A DNA stretch of 64,000 nt from Candidatus Omnitrophota bacterium (GCA_043812495.1 JBDRMG010000047.1:43771-107770); one strand, 5' to 3'; positions 41,308-52,523 are shown, counted from the first letter of the stretch. Notes: generated by a model not told the origin, from the sequence alone. A program made the numbers and translations.

Positions 41308-42405
41308 ATGAAACAAGCCATCCTATATTTTGAGAACGACGCAAGTTTTTTGGGCCGTTCCTTAGGCGTCACCGGCGAATCGGCCGGCGAAGTTGTATTT
41401 AATACCGCTATGACCGGTTATCAAGAAATCCTCACGGATCCCTCCTATGCCGGTCAGATTGTGACGATGACCTATCCTTTGATCGGCAATTACGGCGTCA
41501 ATCCGGAGGATGTCGAGTCCAATAAGATCCACGTCAAGGGTTTTGTAGCCAAAGAATTCTGCAAACGCCATTCCAATTTCCGCGCAACCCAAAGCCTGAT
41601 CGATTATCTGAATGAAAATAAAATTATGGCCATCGAAGGCGTGGATACGCGTGCCATCACCAAATTACTGCGTACTCAAGGGGCCATGAAAGGCATCATC
41701 TCGACGGAAGATCTTGATAAGAAAAGCCTGGCCAAAAAACTAAAGAAAATTCCAGATATGGTTGGTTGTGATCTTGTTAAGGATGTGACGACCAAAGAAA
41801 AATATATCTGGGACGGACGCAAAGATTATGCCTTTAAAGTGGCGGCCATTGATTGCGGAATTAAGTTTAATATCCTTCGCATCCTCGCGCAGCTCGGCTG
41901 CCAAGTTCATGTTTTTCCGGCGCAGTCGTCTTTTGATGACATCATGGCGGTTGAGCCAGACGGCTTGTTTTTGTCCAATGGTCCGGGTGATCCGGCGCCT
42001 GTGACCTATGTCATCGAGACGGTTAAAAAATGCCTCGGTGTTTTACCGATATTCGGAATCTGCTTAGGCCATCAAATTTTGGGCCTAGCCCTTGGGGGAA
42101 AAACATATAAGTTAAAGTTCGGCCATCACGGCGCGAATCATCCGGCCAAGGATCTTTTGCGCCAGCGCATCGGCATCACGTCGCAAAATCATAGCTTTTG
42201 TGTGGATTTCGAAAGCTTAGGAAAAGACAATGTCGAAGTCACGCACATGAATTTGAATGACCAGACCGTCGAAGGTTTGCGGCATAAGAAATATCCGCTC
42301 TATTCCGTGCAATATCATCCGGAGGCGGCACCGGGACCGCATGACGCGCAGTATTTGTTTGAAGATTTTATTGAATTGATGAAAAGTCATAAGAAAAAAA
42401 AGTAA
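41308..42405 (+). CDS. carA: Carbamoyl-phosphate synthase small subunit (glutamine amidotransferase)
   Basis: Class I GATase triad region (GICLGHQ, HH). The likely start is MKQAILYFENDA at 41308; the ORF track begins at 41275. Confidence 0.9.
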   Translation: MKQAILYFENDASFLGRSLGVTGESAGEVVFNTAMTGYQEILTDPSYAGQIVTMTYPLIGNYGVNPEDVESNKIHVKGFVAKEFCKRHSNFRATQSLIDYLNENKIMAIEGVDTRAITKLLRTQGAMKGIISTEDLDKKSLAKKLKKIPDMVGCDLVKDVTTKEKYIWDGRKDYAFKVAAIDCGIKFNILRILAQLGCQVHVFPAQSSFDDIMAVEPDGLFLSNGPGDPAPVTYVIETVKKCLGVLPIFGICLGHQILGLALGGKTYKLKFGHHGANHPAKDLLRQRIGITSQNHSFCVDFESLGKDNVEVTHMNLNDQTVEGLRHKKYPLYSVQYHPEAAPGPHDAQYLFEDFIELMKSHKKKK

Positions 42406-42411
42406 GAAACA

Positions 42412-45400
42412 ATGCCTAAGCGTACAGACATAAAGAAAATCCTTGTGATTGGGTCCGGGCCCATCGTGATCGGCCAGGCCTGTGAATTTGATTATTCCGG
42501 AACCCAAGCCTGCAAGGCCCTCAAGGAAGAGGGTTTTGAAATTGTTTTGGTGAATTCCAATCCCGCGACCATTATGACGGATCCGGAAATCGCCGATCAT
42601 ACGTATATCGAACCTTTGACGGCCGAATTCGTTGAGAAGATTATCGCTAAAGAGAAACCCGATGCGGTTCTACCGACCTTGGGCGGGCAGACAGCCTTGA
42701 ATATTGCCATCCAGCTTCATGAAAATGGTGCTCTCAAGCGCCACAACGCTGAGCTCATCGGCGCCGGATATGAAATCATCAAGAAGGCCGAGGACCGCGA
42801 GTGTTTCAAGAAAGCAGCCATCAAGGCCGGCCTGGAAGTCCCTGAAAGCGCCTTTGCCTATAATATCGAAGAAGCCATGGATGTGACTAAGAAACTCGGT
42901 TTTCCCCTCATCATCCGACCCAGTTATACCCTCGGCGGCGCAGGCGGAGGGATTGCCAATAACATGGAGGAATTTGAGAAAGTTGCTTCTCTGGGGATTG
43001 AAAGCAGTATGATCCATGAGATTCTCATCGAAGAATCCATTATCGGATGGAAAGAGTTTGAGCTTGAGGTTATGCGCGACAATAAAGATAATGTGGTTAT
43101 CATTTGCTCCATCGAGAATCTTGATCCCATGGGCATTCATACAGGCGACAGTATTACCGTTGCGCCGGCGCAGACGTTAACGGATAAAGAATACCAGCAC
43201 ATGCGCGATCAGTCCCTTGCTTTGATCCGCGAAATCGGTGTCGAGACAGGCGGGTCCAATATTCAATTTGCTGTCAATCCCGCGGATGGGCGCATGGTTG
43301 TGATTGAAATGAATCCGCGTGTTTCTCGCAGCTCTGCTTTGGCGAGCAAAGCCACCGGTTTTCCCATTGCCAAGTTTGCCGCGAAGCTCGCCGTAGGTTA
43401 TTCCTTAGACGAAATCCAAAATGACATCACCAAGGAAACGCCGGCTTCCTTTGAGCCGACCATTGATTATTGTGTGGTGAAGATTCCCCGTTTTACGTTT
43501 GAGAAATTTCCCGAAGCCAAGGATATCCTGGGGATATCCATGAAATCCGTCGGGGAAACCATGGCCATCGGCCGCACGTTCAAGGAAGCCTTGCAAAAAG
43601 GTTTGCGGGGTTTGGAAATCGGCCATACGGGTCTGGATAATAAACTCAAATTTTCTGAAATACCCGATGAAAAAATCAAATGGCGCTTGCAGGAACCCAA
43701 TGCCTCGCGTATTTTTTATGTCAAATATGCTCTTCAGAAAGGTTTCAGCGAAGAAGATATTTTTAACTACTCTAAGATTGATCCGTGGTTTATTGCGCAA
43801 ATAAAGGAAATTGTGCAGTTTGAGAATCAAATGACCGAGACTTTGAACCAGAAAAAGACGCTGGATGTATCTGTGTTGCGTCGTGCCAAGGAGCTTGGTT
43901 TCAGCGATGCGCAACTGAGTGCTTCAATGAACTTAAAAGAGGAGGAATTTCGAGAGTATCGCAAGAAGCTCGGGATTGTGGCCACCTTTAAACTTGTCGA
44001 TACGTGCGCGGCCGAATTTAAAGCCTACACTCCTTATTTTTATTCGACCTATGAAATTGAAGATGAGGCCCAAGAGCAGATTGAGAAATTGGCGAAGAAT
44101 GCAATCGCGGATGACGCAGATATTAATCTGCGACATCGGCGGTTGCAATTGGTGAAATCTGCGGTTGCAAAGAAAAGAAAGATTATTATCCTCGGCGGCG
44201 GCCCGAACCGCATCGGTCAGGGCATTGAGTTTGACTATTGTTGTTGCCATGCCGCCTTTACGCTTCAGGAATTAGGCTATGAAGCCATTATGGTCAACTC
44301 CAATCCCGAAACAGTGTCAACCGATTATGATACATCCGACCGATTGTATTTTGAGCCGTTAACCTTTGAAGATGTTATGAATATTATTGAAGTCGAGAAG
44401 CCCGACGGTATTATTGTTCAGTTTGGCGGCCAAACGCCTTTAAATCTGGCGCGCCGGCTGCATGAGGCCGGCGCTCCCATTATCGGAACCAGCATTGACT
44501 CGATTGATTTGGCGGAAGATCGGGAGAAATTTTCGGAGTTTATCAAAAAACTTGGCCTTGTCCAACCGGCCAACGGTTATGCCCTCAACGTCGATGAGGC
44601 GGTCAAAACCGCGTCTCTGATCGGGTATCCTGTTTTGGCGCGTCCGTCGTATGTCTTGGGCGGCCGTGCCATGCGCATCGTTTATGACGAGAAATCTCTT
44701 TTGTCCTTTGTGGAAGAGGCCAAAGAGGTCTCGGCGGGTCATCCCCTTTTGATTGACAAATTTATTGAGGATGCCATTGAAGTGGATGTCGATGCCGTTT
44801 GTGACGGACAAGAGACGTATGTCGCCGGTATTATGGAGCATATTGAAAATGCGGGAATCCATTCCGGTGATTCGGCGTGCGTTCTTCCTCCCTTGACGAT
44901 CAGCGACGAGCTGATCGGAAAAATAAAAGAATACACTTACGCAATCGCGAAACATCTCCATGTCGTGGGGCTCATGAATATTCAATACGCCATCAAAGGA
45001 CATCAGATTTATGTTTTGGAAGTTAATCCCCGGGCCTCGCGCACGGTTCCTTTTGTCAGTAAGGCAACGGGTGTGCCTTTGGCCAAAATGGCGGCTCAAA
45101 TTATGGTCGGAAAAAAAGTTACGGATTTTAAACGCGTGGATATCGCTGACCTAAAATATGTTTCCGTGAAAGAATCCGTGCTGCCTTTTTCGCGCTTCTC
45201 CGGAGTCGATATTGTCCTGGGCCCGGAGATGAAATCCACCGGTGAGGTTATGGGTATTGACATGACCTTTGGCGCGGCCTTTGCCAAATCGCAAATCTGC
45301 GCGAATCAGGCCCTGCCGAGAAAAGGAACGGTTTTTATCAGCGTTAATGACAATGACAAACGCCATGTGGTTTTCTTAGCTAAAAAGCTGTCTGATCTGA

Positions 45401-45741
45401 AATTCGAAATCATCTCGACGAAAGGGACATCTAAGGTTCTTAAGTCCAATGACGTCAAGGTGAGCGTTGTGGATAAATTCGGCGAAGGCAAGAACGATCT
45501 GTTGACTTATATCAAGAAAGGTGAGATAAATTTAGTGATCAATACCCCTTCGGGCCAAAAAAGTCAATCGGATATGCGCGCTATTCGCGCCGCCGCTATC
45601 TTACACGGCATCCCCTGCATCACGACCTTGCAAGGGGCCTGGGCGGCGGTTAACGGTATTGAGGCCAGCTTGCATAAAGATTTTACAATCCAATCCTTGC
45701 AGGAATATTATCGTCAAGGGAGCTTATCATGTGCGGAATAG
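42412..45741 (+). CDS. carB: Carbamoyl-phosphate synthase large subunit, paralog 2
   Basis: 1109 aa, full length, closely related to paralog 1 ([30 protein letters not shown]). Confidence 0.9.
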   Translation: MPKRTDIKKILVIGSGPIVIGQACEFDYSGTQACKALKEEGFEIVLVNSNPATIMTDPEIADHTYIEPLTAEFVEKIIAKEKPDAVLPTLGGQTALNIAIQLHENGALKRHNAELIGAGYEIIKKAEDRECFKKAAIKAGLEVPESAFAYNIEEAMDVTKKLGFPLIIRPSYTLGGAGGGIANNMEEFEKVASLGIESSMIHEILIEESIIGWKEFELEVMRDNKDNVVIICSIENLDPMGIHTGDSITVAPAQTLTDKEYQHMRDQSLALIREIGVETGGSNIQFAVNPADGRMVVIEMNPRVSRSSALASKATGFPIAKFAAKLAVGYSLDEIQNDITKETPASFEPTIDYCVVKIPRFTFEKFPEAKDILGISMKSVGETMAIGRTFKEALQKGLRGLEIGHTGLDNKLKFSEIPDEKIKWRLQEPNASRIFYVKYALQKGFSEEDIFNYSKIDPWFIAQIKEIVQFENQMTETLNQKKTLDVSVLRRAKELGFSDAQLSASMNLKEEEFREYRKKLGIVATFKLVDTCAAEFKAYTPYFYSTYEIEDEAQEQIEKLAKNAIADDADINLRHRRLQLVKSAVAKKRKIIILGGGPNRIGQGIEFDYCCCHAAFTLQELGYEAIMVNSNPETVSTDYDTSDRLYFEPLTFEDVMNIIEVEKPDGIIVQFGGQTPLNLARRLHEAGAPIIGTSIDSIDLAEDREKFSEFIKKLGLVQPANGYALNVDEAVKTASLIGYPVLARPSYVLGGRAMRIVYDEKSLLSFVEEAKEVSAGHPLLIDKFIEDAIEVDVDAVCDGQETYVAGIMEHIENAGIHSGDSACVLPPLTISDELIGKIKEYTYAIAKHLHVVGLMNIQYAIKGHQIYVLEVNPRASRTVPFVSKATGVPLAKMAAQIMVGKKVTDFKRVDIADLKYVSVKESVLPFSRFSGVDIVLGPEMKSTGEVMGIDMTFGAAFAKSQICANQALPRKGTVFISVNDNDKRHVVFLAKKLSDLKFEIISTKGTSKVLKSNDVKVSVVDKFGEGKNDLLTYIKKGEINLVINTPSGQKSQSDMRAIRAAAILHGIPCITTLQGAWAAVNGIEASLHKDFTIQSLQEYYRQGSLSCAE

Positions 45742-47117
45742 CCGGTGCCTCCAATCATCCGGAAGCGGCAAAAATAATTTTTTTGGCCCTCTATGCCCTT
45801 CAGCACCGCGGAGAAGAGGCGGCGGGCATTGTTTCGTACGACGGCGAAAATGTACATATGACCAAAGCCCCCGGCCTTGTGGCGGATACATTTGATGAAA
45901 AGGCGCTCAATAGCCTGCGCGGCAAAGTGGCGATCGGCCACACCCGTTATTCCACGACCGGTTCAAGCAATCTGAAAAATATCCAACCGTTTCTTGTGAC
46001 CCATAAGAATAAACCCCTCGCCGTGGCCCATAACGGCAATCTGACCAATACGGAAAGTCTCTATAAACAATTGGAAGAAGAAGGGTCCATTTTTCAGACA
46101 TCCATGGATTCGGAATTGATTATTCATCTTTTGGTCAAAGAAAAAAACGGTGATCTGAAGGAGAAATTTAAGAAAATTCTTTCTCAACTCCAAGGTGCCT
46201 TTTCGCTTATATTTCTCGTTGAGGATACGTTGGTCGGCGTGCGTGATCCGTCGGGTTTTCGGCCGCTGTGTTTAGGGAAATTGGATGATTCTTATATTTT
46301 GGCTTCCGAAAGCTGTGCCTTGGACTTAATGAAGGCAAAGTTTATCCGGGAGATTGAACCCGGAGAAGTTGTCTTTATCAAAGGGAAGAAACTGGAATCC
46401 TGCTTCTTGCCAGACGCAAGTAAAACCAGACCCTCTCAATGCATTTTTGAAAATATTTATTTTGCCAGGCCCGATAGTCATATTTTTGGCGATAATGTCT
46501 ATCTGGTCAGAAAACGCCTGGGAAAACAGTTGGCCAAAGAGCACTCGGCAAAAGGCGCGGATTTTGTCATGTCTATTCCGGATTCCGGAAATTATGCCGC
46601 GCTTGGTTTTGCTCAAGAATCAGGCTTACCGCTTGAGATCGGCATGATCCGTAATCATTATATCGGCCGGACCTTTATCCAGCCGTCGCAATTCTTGAGG
46701 GATTTTAGAGTCCGGGTCAAACTCAATCCCATCACCGAGGTTCTCAAGGGCAAGAAGATTGTGGTTGTGGAAGATTCGATTGTGCGCGGCACGACCAGCC
46801 GAAGCCGCATCGAAGAAATCCGGCGCACCGGCGTCAAAGAAATCCATATGCGCATCAGCTGCCCGCCCATCAGATTCCCCTGTTTTTACGGCATCGATTT
46901 TCCAAGCCGGAGAGAATTGATTGCGTCGAAAAAAAGCGTCAAGGTCATTGCCGACTTTATCAAAGTCGATTCTCTGAAATATCTGAGCCTGGAAGGAATG
47001 CTCAGCGTTATGAAAGACAAGAGGGCTTTCTGCCATGCCTGTTATAGCGGAGAGTACCCTGTATGTATTCCGAAAAATAAAAGTAAATATTTATTGGAAG
47101 GACCGGGAAAGCGATGA
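45729..47117 (+). CDS. purF: Amidophosphoribosyltransferase
   Basis: N-terminal MCGIAG Ntn-amidotransferase start and a PRTase domain. Overlaps the carB2 stop. Confidence 0.9.
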   Translation: MCGIAGASNHPEAAKIIFLALYALQHRGEEAAGIVSYDGENVHMTKAPGLVADTFDEKALNSLRGKVAIGHTRYSTTGSSNLKNIQPFLVTHKNKPLAVAHNGNLTNTESLYKQLEEEGSIFQTSMDSELIIHLLVKEKNGDLKEKFKKILSQLQGAFSLIFLVEDTLVGVRDPSGFRPLCLGKLDDSYILASESCALDLMKAKFIREIEPGEVVFIKGKKLESCFLPDASKTRPSQCIFENIYFARPDSHIFGDNVYLVRKRLGKQLAKEHSAKGADFVMSIPDSGNYAALGFAQESGLPLEIGMIRNHYIGRTFIQPSQFLRDFRVRVKLNPITEVLKGKKIVVVEDSIVRGTTSRSRIEEIRRTGVKEIHMRISCPPIRFPCFYGIDFPSRRELIASKKSVKVIADFIKVDSLKYLSLEGMLSVMKDKRAFCHACYSGEYPVCIPKNKSKYLLEGPGKR

Positions 47118-47125
47118 GTAAATTT

Positions 47126-47168
47126 ATCCGTCTTCGTCAAATACGTTAAGTATTTGACGAAGACGGAT
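47126..47168. other. Perfect 19 bp-stem hairpin (atccgtcttcgtcaaatac-gttaa-gtatttgacgaagacggat) immediately after purF
   Basis: Read directly from the sequence. It contains the cttcg/cgaag motif. There is no T-run, so it is more likely a repeat-family member than an intrinsic terminator. Confidence 0.5.
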
Positions 47169-47234
47169 CAAATACAATAAGTATTTCCTGCTAGCAGGCA
47201 GGGACTTAAACGGGTTAATGAGAAGGAAGGAATA

Positions 47235-48875
47235 ATGAGCAAGTTCATCTTTGTGACAGGGGGGGTTGTGTCCAGCTTAGGCAAAGGGATTGCCTCGTCA
47301 TCCATTGGAAAGCTCCTGGAGGCCAGAGGCCTCAAGACAACCATTATCAAATGCGATCCTTATATTAATGTTGATCCGGGAACCATGAACCCTTTTCAGC
47401 ATGGCGAGGTTTATGTAACGGATGACGGCGCCGAAGCAGACCTGGATTTAGGTCATTATGAGCGCTTTACCAATGCCAAGATCGGCAAGGAGAATAATAT
47501 CACCACGGGAAAGATTTATTTTTCTGTCATCACCAAAGAGCGCCGCGGGGATTATTTGGGAAAGACCGTTCAGATCATTCCTCACATCACGGATGAAATA
47601 AAGAATTGCATCAAGAAAGTGGCCCATGACCGGGACGTGGACGTAACGATTGTGGAAATCGGCGGAACCGTAGGCGATATCGAAAGCCTTCCTTTTTTGG
47701 AGGCCATTCGTCAACTGCGCTGGGAATTGGGCGCTGAGTACGCGATCAATATCCACGTGACCTTGCTTCCGTTTATCCGTTCGGCCGGCGAGCAGAAAAC
47801 CAAGCCGACGCAGCACAGCGTCGGGCGCCTGCGCGAAATCGGTATCAATGCCGATATCCTTCTTTGCCGTACGGAAAGACCCATCAAAAAAGAGCAAAGA
47901 GATAAAATCGCCCTGTTTTGCAATGTCGATAAAGAGGCCGTGATTGAGGCCGCGGACGTAAAACACATTTACGAAGTTCCCCTGGCCCTCAAAAAACAGC
48001 AATTGGATGATTTGATCTTAAGAAAGCTAAATATCAAGCGGGAAGAAAAAGATCTGAAGCATTGGCAGGAATTTGTTATGCAAAGGCTCAAAAATCCTTC
48101 CAAAGAAGTCAAAATTTCCGTAGTCGGAAAATATATCACCCTGCCCGATGCCTACAAATCTATTTATGAGGCCTTGGCGCACGGCGGAATCGCCAATGAT
48201 GCCCGGGTCAATATCAATAGGGTCGATTCGGAGGATATTGAAAAAGGAAATATCGAGAAATACCTGAAAGGATCGGACGGTATTCTGATTCCGGGCGGGT
48301 TTGGAACACGGGGCATCGAAGGAAAAATCAAAGCCGTTGAATTTGCGCGGGAAAACAATATTCCGTTTCTGGGGATTTGCCTGGGGATGCAATGCGCGAC
48401 GATTGAGTTTGCGCGCAATATTGTCGGATTGAAGAATGCCAATTCAACCGAATTTGATAAAGACACGAAATCTCCGGTGATTAGCCTTTTGGAAGAGCAA
48501 AAGAAAGTGAAAAATATGGGGGCCACCATGCGCCTGGGGGCCTACCCTTGCAAATTGGCGAAGAAATCCAAAGCCATGGCCGCCTACAAAAAGGAAAATA
48601 TTTCCGAACGCCACCGTCATCGTTATGAATTCAACAACGAATACAAAAAGATGATGGAAAAGAAGGGGATGGTGTTCTGTGGTATTTATACCAATAAAAG
48701 TTTAGTTGAAATTATTGAACTCAAGGACCATCCCTGGTTTGTTGCCTGCCAATTTCATCCGGAGTTTAAGTCAAAACCCGACAAAGCCCATCCTCTCTTT
48801 GACCATTTCATCCGCGCGGCCGTGGATAAGCAAGATAAAACAAAAGACCTAAGCATTTTTTGCTTTTTGGCTTGA
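47235..48875 (+). CDS. pyrG: CTP synthase
   Basis: The N-terminus [19 protein letters not shown] is canonical PyrG. The C-terminal GATase has GICLGMQ. Confidence 0.95.
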   Translation: MSKFIFVTGGVVSSLGKGIASSSIGKLLEARGLKTTIIKCDPYINVDPGTMNPFQHGEVYVTDDGAEADLDLGHYERFTNAKIGKENNITTGKIYFSVITKERRGDYLGKTVQIIPHITDEIKNCIKKVAHDRDVDVTIVEIGGTVGDIESLPFLEAIRQLRWELGAEYAINIHVTLLPFIRSAGEQKTKPTQHSVGRLREIGINADILLCRTERPIKKEQRDKIALFCNVDKEAVIEAADVKHIYEVPLALKKQQLDDLILRKLNIKREEKDLKHWQEFVMQRLKNPSKEVKISVVGKYITLPDAYKSIYEALAHGGIANDARVNINRVDSEDIEKGNIEKYLKGSDGILIPGGFGTRGIEGKIKAVEFARENNIPFLGICLGMQCATIEFARNIVGLKNANSTEFDKDTKSPVISLLEEQKKVKNMGATMRLGAYPCKLAKKSKAMAAYKKENISERHRHRYEFNNEYKKMMEKKGMVFCGIYTNKSLVEIIELKDHPWFVACQFHPEFKSKPDKAHPLFDHFIRAAVDKQDKTKDLSIFCFLA

Positions 48876-48904
48876 TCTATGTATAATAAATAAGACTTAA
48901 AAAG

Positions 48905-49125
48905 AATATTTGCGCGGTTCTGCTTCGTCCGCCATTGATGCATTGGCGGACTTCGCAGCAACATTTTGAAATAAAGAATTAATTTGGAAGCGTTAGCGGC
49001 TTCGAAGCTTCCAAATGATTCTGCTTCGTTAAATGCTTACGTATTTAACTTCGCAGGAATCAGTCCTTCGAAGCTCTAATGTCAAAACATTAGAGCGAAG
49101 AAGACTGAAAATTTTGAAGCGAAGA
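48905..49125. repeat. Hairpin array upstream of tRNA-Leu (CTTCG-flanked REP plus gattctgcTTCg…cTTCgcaggaatc-type hairpins)
   Basis: ttctgcttcg-tccgccattgatgcattggcgga-cttcgcagcaa, then gattctgcttcgttaaatgc…atttaacttcgcaggaatc, then ccttcgaagctctaatgt…acattagagcgaagaag. Confidence 0.65.
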
Positions 49126-49127
49126 AG

Positions 49128-49209
49128 CGCGGGTGGCGGAATTGGTATACGCGCACGTTTGAGGGGCGTGTGGGGCAACCCGTGTGGGTTCAAGTCCCAC
49201 CCCGCGCAT
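49128..49209 (+). tRNA. tRNA-Leu(GAG): tRNA-Leu (anticodon GAG), class II with a long variable arm
   Basis: Hand-folded. Acceptor GCGCGGG/CCCGCGC. Anticodon stem CACGT/GCGTG with loop TTGAGGG. Variable arm GGGGCAACCC. T-arm GTGGG-TTCAAGT-CCCAC. CCA is not encoded. Confidence 0.7.
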
Positions 49210-49214
49210 TAGAT

Positions 49215-49330
49215 TTTAAATAACTTAGAGCGAAGCGACATAAGTTATTTAAATTTTTATCCCGCCTCGCGGCGAAGCGTACCCGTTAACGCTCGGCGCT
49301 GAGGCGAACGGCATGAAAATTAATTTTAGG
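49215..49330. repeat. Hairpin repeats downstream of tRNA-Leu
   Basis: aacttagagcgaagcgacataagtt and cgcctcgcggcgaagcg…cgctcggcgctgaggcg-type palindromes. Confidence 0.5.
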
Positions 49331-49377
49331 CCGCGAGGGATTAGAAAGTTAAAAATGTGATGAGTTGTGGAGATAAA

Positions 49378-49420
49378 AAAAGAGCATTCGAAATTACCTT
49401 GAATGCTCTTAAGAATTTTA
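49378..49420 (-). terminator. Rho-independent terminator for the minus-strand small gene
   Basis: On the plus strand this reads aaaaaaa then agagcattcgaaattaccttgaatgctct. On the minus strand that is a hairpin followed by a U-run. Confidence 0.55.
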
Positions 49421-49444
49421 AAGGAAAGATTCTAAAACTTATTT

Positions 49445-49586
49445 TTATCCTCCACCCACTACAATGCGGTCACCTGATGGAGACTTCTTCTTTCCGCTGT
49501 TACCACCGCCTTTTTTAGCAGCGTAACTATTTCCCACAACGCTAAAAATAAATACTATAACTAAAATACCCAAAAACAATCTTTTC
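49445..49586 (-). CDS. Small secreted Gly/Lys-rich peptide (47 aa from MKRLFLG…)
   Basis: A strong GGAGG RBS lies 6 nt upstream of the ATG at 49586. Signal peptide, then a KKGGGNSGKKK tail. Confidence 0.45.
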
Positions 49587-49691
49587 ATATCAACCTCCAA
49601 TTTTTTATATTTTAATATGGGGGGGGGAATTGTCAATAAATAAAATTATGACTATTTTGACACTTCTTGAAACGTTTGTTATAATTCTCCT

Positions 49692-49964
49692 ATGATTTCG
49701 GAAAAAGACAAACAAGCGATAGCTGCCATAGCAGACAAGTATAACGTCAAACGTATTCTTTTATTTGGTTCTTATGCTGCTTTGCCTGAAGAGAACGCGA
49801 GGGATATCGATTTGGCCGTAGAGGGAATTCAAGCTAAAGATTTTTTTAAATTTTATGGAGATCTGCTTTTCAAATTGAAAAAGTCGGTAGATTTGATTGA
49901 TCTTTCATCAGATTGTAAGTTTAATAGCCTTGTTCGAGAAGAAGGAATACCCATCTATGGCTAG
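49692..49964 (+). CDS. Minimal nucleotidyltransferase (MntA-like antitoxin)
   Basis: GSYA…DIDL nucleotidyltransferase motif. 90 aa. Confidence 0.7.
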   Translation: MISEKDKQAIAAIADKYNVKRILLFGSYAALPEENARDIDLAVEGIQAKDFFKFYGDLLFKLKKSVDLIDLSSDCKFNSLVREEGIPIYG

Positions 49965-50376
49965 CTTAAAAAAACGGATAGAAGTAGAGTACGATAATAT
50001 TCAAAGAATTATTGCACAATTACCTAAAAGTAGATCGTTGCCAAATTTATCTGAACTCGAATTAGCAGGCGTCGCTGCCTTTCTTAACAGTTTTTATAAT
50101 GGAATTGAAAATATCCTAAAGCAAATGGTGCAAGAGAAAGGCCTTGACATCCCTCAGGGGCAAACATGGCAGCGTGATCTTGTTGAGCTAGCGGTCTCTC
50201 ACGATCTAATTTCACAGACAACAAGCAATCTGTTGAAACAATATTTGGCTTTTCGTCATTTCTTCAGCCATGCTTATGCTTTTGATTTGCGTGGTGACAG
50301 AATTTTACCATTGGTTGACGGGGTAGAAAAAGTTTTTGCAGGCTTATGTCATGATATAGAAAAGTTAGAAATTTAA
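49957..50376 (+). CDS. HEPN-domain protein (HepT-like toxin)
   Basis: Rx4HxY motif (FRHFFSHAY). The start is MASLKK at 49957, overlapping the nucleotidyltransferase gene stop by 8 bp. The ORF-track start at 49897 is an out-of-context extension. Confidence 0.65.
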   Translation: MASLKKRIEVEYDNIQRIIAQLPKSRSLPNLSELELAGVAAFLNSFYNGIENILKQMVQEKGLDIPQGQTWQRDLVELAVSHDLISQTTSNLLKQYLAFRHFFSHAYAFDLRGDRILPLVDGVEKVFAGLCHDIEKLEI

Positions 50377-50485
50377 TTCCTTCTACTTAGAAAGCTTCCG
50401 TTTTGCTCCCATTTTATTTGCCAGATTTCCCATAAATGCTTTTAGAGATATCAATTATGCAGCTCTAGACCTAAAATCCAAAATC

Positions 50486-51706
50486 ATGAATGGTCTTCAA
50501 ACCCTTAAGAGAAAAGTCACAAAAAAAGACATCCCATTCGTTATCGCCGCCGTTCTTATTTCTTGGTATGTTTCAATGTGCTTGGCGCATTATATGTCTG
50601 CGCGGCCGCTATGGAACGATGAATGGGCGGTTTCTCTCAGCCTGGAACAATTCGCCAGCAGGGATTTCTTCACAAGGCCGTTGTTTGCCGTTCAGATGTT
50701 TCCTCGGCTTTATCTTTTTTTGATCCAGAAAATCTCACATCCATTTGATTTCCATCTTTTGAGCCTTCGCTTTTTGTCTTTTGTATTCATGTTGTCGGCC
50801 TATTTTTTGTGGATGAAAATTGCCCGCTATGAAATGAAAGACAACAAAGAGTATTGGACGTTTCTGCTCTGCTGGTGTGCCTCTATTCCTATGGTTTATT
50901 ACGCTGCTGAATTAAAACAATATTCCATGGATGTTTTGGCGGGAGCAATCTTTCTTTACTTTATTTACCGCCAAGAATATCTGCAAAGCACAAGCCGCCT
51001 GCGCTTGAATATCTTTCTTGTTTTGCTACCGGCCCTAGGGTTGCTTTCCTATACGGCGTTCTTGTTTTGTCTGTTTCCGTTTACTAATATGTTGGTATCC
51101 GCCAAGAAGGACAAAACCCTCTATCGCTCGCTGGTGTTGTTTTGCGCGTCTTGCGTTATTTTTGCCTTGTTGTCGTTCTTTTTTGATATGCGCTTTCGGC
51201 CCGGAGCGGTGATGATGCCGGGAGGGCATGCCGAATATTTTATTTCCTTTAAAAATGTCCCTGAGTTCTTCCGGTCGTTTGGCGAGGGGACCAACAATCT
51301 ATTTTCGCGTTTCTTTGCGGAGCGGCCTCGCGTTATCAAAAAAATTGCCCGATGCTTTTTAGGTTTCGGGTTCATTTTTCTTTTTTATGGATTTTTCAAG
51401 AATTTTAAGAAAGACGGAGGTTATTTGAAATCATTGAATACCATAGCCTTCATTTTATACTTAGAGCTATTTGCGCTCGGGGCCTTGCATTTGTATCCTT
51501 TTACCGAGCCGCGCACGTCGCTTGTTTACTGCCCGTTTATTTTCTATTTAACGATCAAGGGGATCGGGATCACCAAAAGAATAAATAAATATTTTTACGG
51601 GATTCTCCATGCGGCTTTTATCATTTTCTTAATGGTCGTGGCTTTGTGTATTTCGCGCATTGTTTATTCGGGACAAGAACTCTCGTTTGCGCCGTTTTTG
51701 TGGTAG
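50486..51706 (+). CDS. Polytopic integral membrane protein (GT-C/ArnT-like glycosyltransferase fold suspected)
   Basis: At least 10 predicted TM segments. No specific motif was recognised. Confidence 0.35.
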   Translation: MNGLQTLKRKVTKKDIPFVIAAVLISWYVSMCLAHYMSARPLWNDEWAVSLSLEQFASRDFFTRPLFAVQMFPRLYLFLIQKISHPFDFHLLSLRFLSFVFMLSAYFLWMKIARYEMKDNKEYWTFLLCWCASIPMVYYAAELKQYSMDVLAGAIFLYFIYRQEYLQSTSRLRLNIFLVLLPALGLLSYTAFLFCLFPFTNMLVSAKKDKTLYRSLVLFCASCVIFALLSFFFDMRFRPGAVMMPGGHAEYFISFKNVPEFFRSFGEGTNNLFSRFFAERPRVIKKIARCFLGFGFIFLFYGFFKNFKKDGGYLKSLNTIAFILYLELFALGALHLYPFTEPRTSLVYCPFIFYLTIKGIGITKRINKYFYGILHAAFIIFLMVVALCISRIVYSGQELSFAPFLW

Positions 51707-51715
51707 AATGATTCA

Positions 51716-52453
51716 ATGAATAAAACAGAAGGGGAAGCCATGCCAGGAAAAATTCTTGTGAGCGCGAGCATCCTATGCGCTGACTTTTCCAAACTCGCAG
51801 AAGAGATCAAGAAGTGCGAGGCCGCCGGCATCGATGAGCTCCATATCGATGTCATGGACGGACATTTTGTCCCTAATATTACGATCGGCCCCATCATTGT
51901 CAAAGCCATAAGGCCCTTGACCAAATTACACATTAATGCCCATTTGATGATTGAGCACCCCGGGAGCTATATCGATGATTTCATTGACGCGGGATCCGAT
52001 GTCATTTCACTTCAAACAGAATGTTACGGCAAGCGAACACAAGGGTGTCAGGCCTTCGGACAGTTCCCTAAGGAAATAGAATCTTTTGATCCTGCGCTCG
52101 CAAACGAAGACATCAAAAAAGCAAAGAGCCGAGGCAAAAAAGTCTTTATGGTTATTAACCCCGGAACGCCTCTTTGCATTCAGCCGGTTCTGGACAAGAT
52201 CGATGGTGTTTTGATTATGTCGGTGAATCCCGGATTTGCCGGGCAGAAGTTTATGCCAAGCGTATTGCCGAAAATCCAGAAATTACGCAAAATTTTTAAA
52301 GGGGATATTGCCGTAGACGGCGGGATCAATGAAACAACAGCTCCCGAGGCCGTCAAGGCCGGGGCCAATATTCTGGCTACAGCCAGTTACTTTTTCTCAA
52401 GCCCTCATCCCAAAAGGCTTGTCAAGGACCTTAAGAGCCTAAAAGAGAAATGA
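51716..52453 (+). CDS. rpe: Ribulose-phosphate 3-epimerase
   Basis: ILVSASILCADFSKLAEEI…HIDVMDGHFVPNITIGP…HLMIEHP matches Rpe. It contains an insertion of about 40 aa that looks atypical. The start is possibly the ATG near 51746. Confidence 0.8.
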   Translation: MNKTEGEAMPGKILVSASILCADFSKLAEEIKKCEAAGIDELHIDVMDGHFVPNITIGPIIVKAIRPLTKLHINAHLMIEHPGSYIDDFIDAGSDVISLQTECYGKRTQGCQAFGQFPKEIESFDPALANEDIKKAKSRGKKVFMVINPGTPLCIQPVLDKIDGVLIMSVNPGFAGQKFMPSVLPKIQKLRKIFKGDIAVDGGINETTAPEAVKAGANILATASYFFSSPHPKRLVKDLKSLKEK

Positions 52454-52523
52454 TCATGGGGAATGTTGTTTGTTGAAGCCAGGCGTTTTCCGTGTTATAT
52501 TTTAGGTAGAAGGAAAAGAGGAA

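Noticed and set aside
47126-47168. Calling the 19 bp-stem hairpin after purF an intrinsic terminator
   Set aside because: No U-tract follows. It carries the cttcg/cgaag signature of the repeat superfamily. It is listed only as a hairpin.
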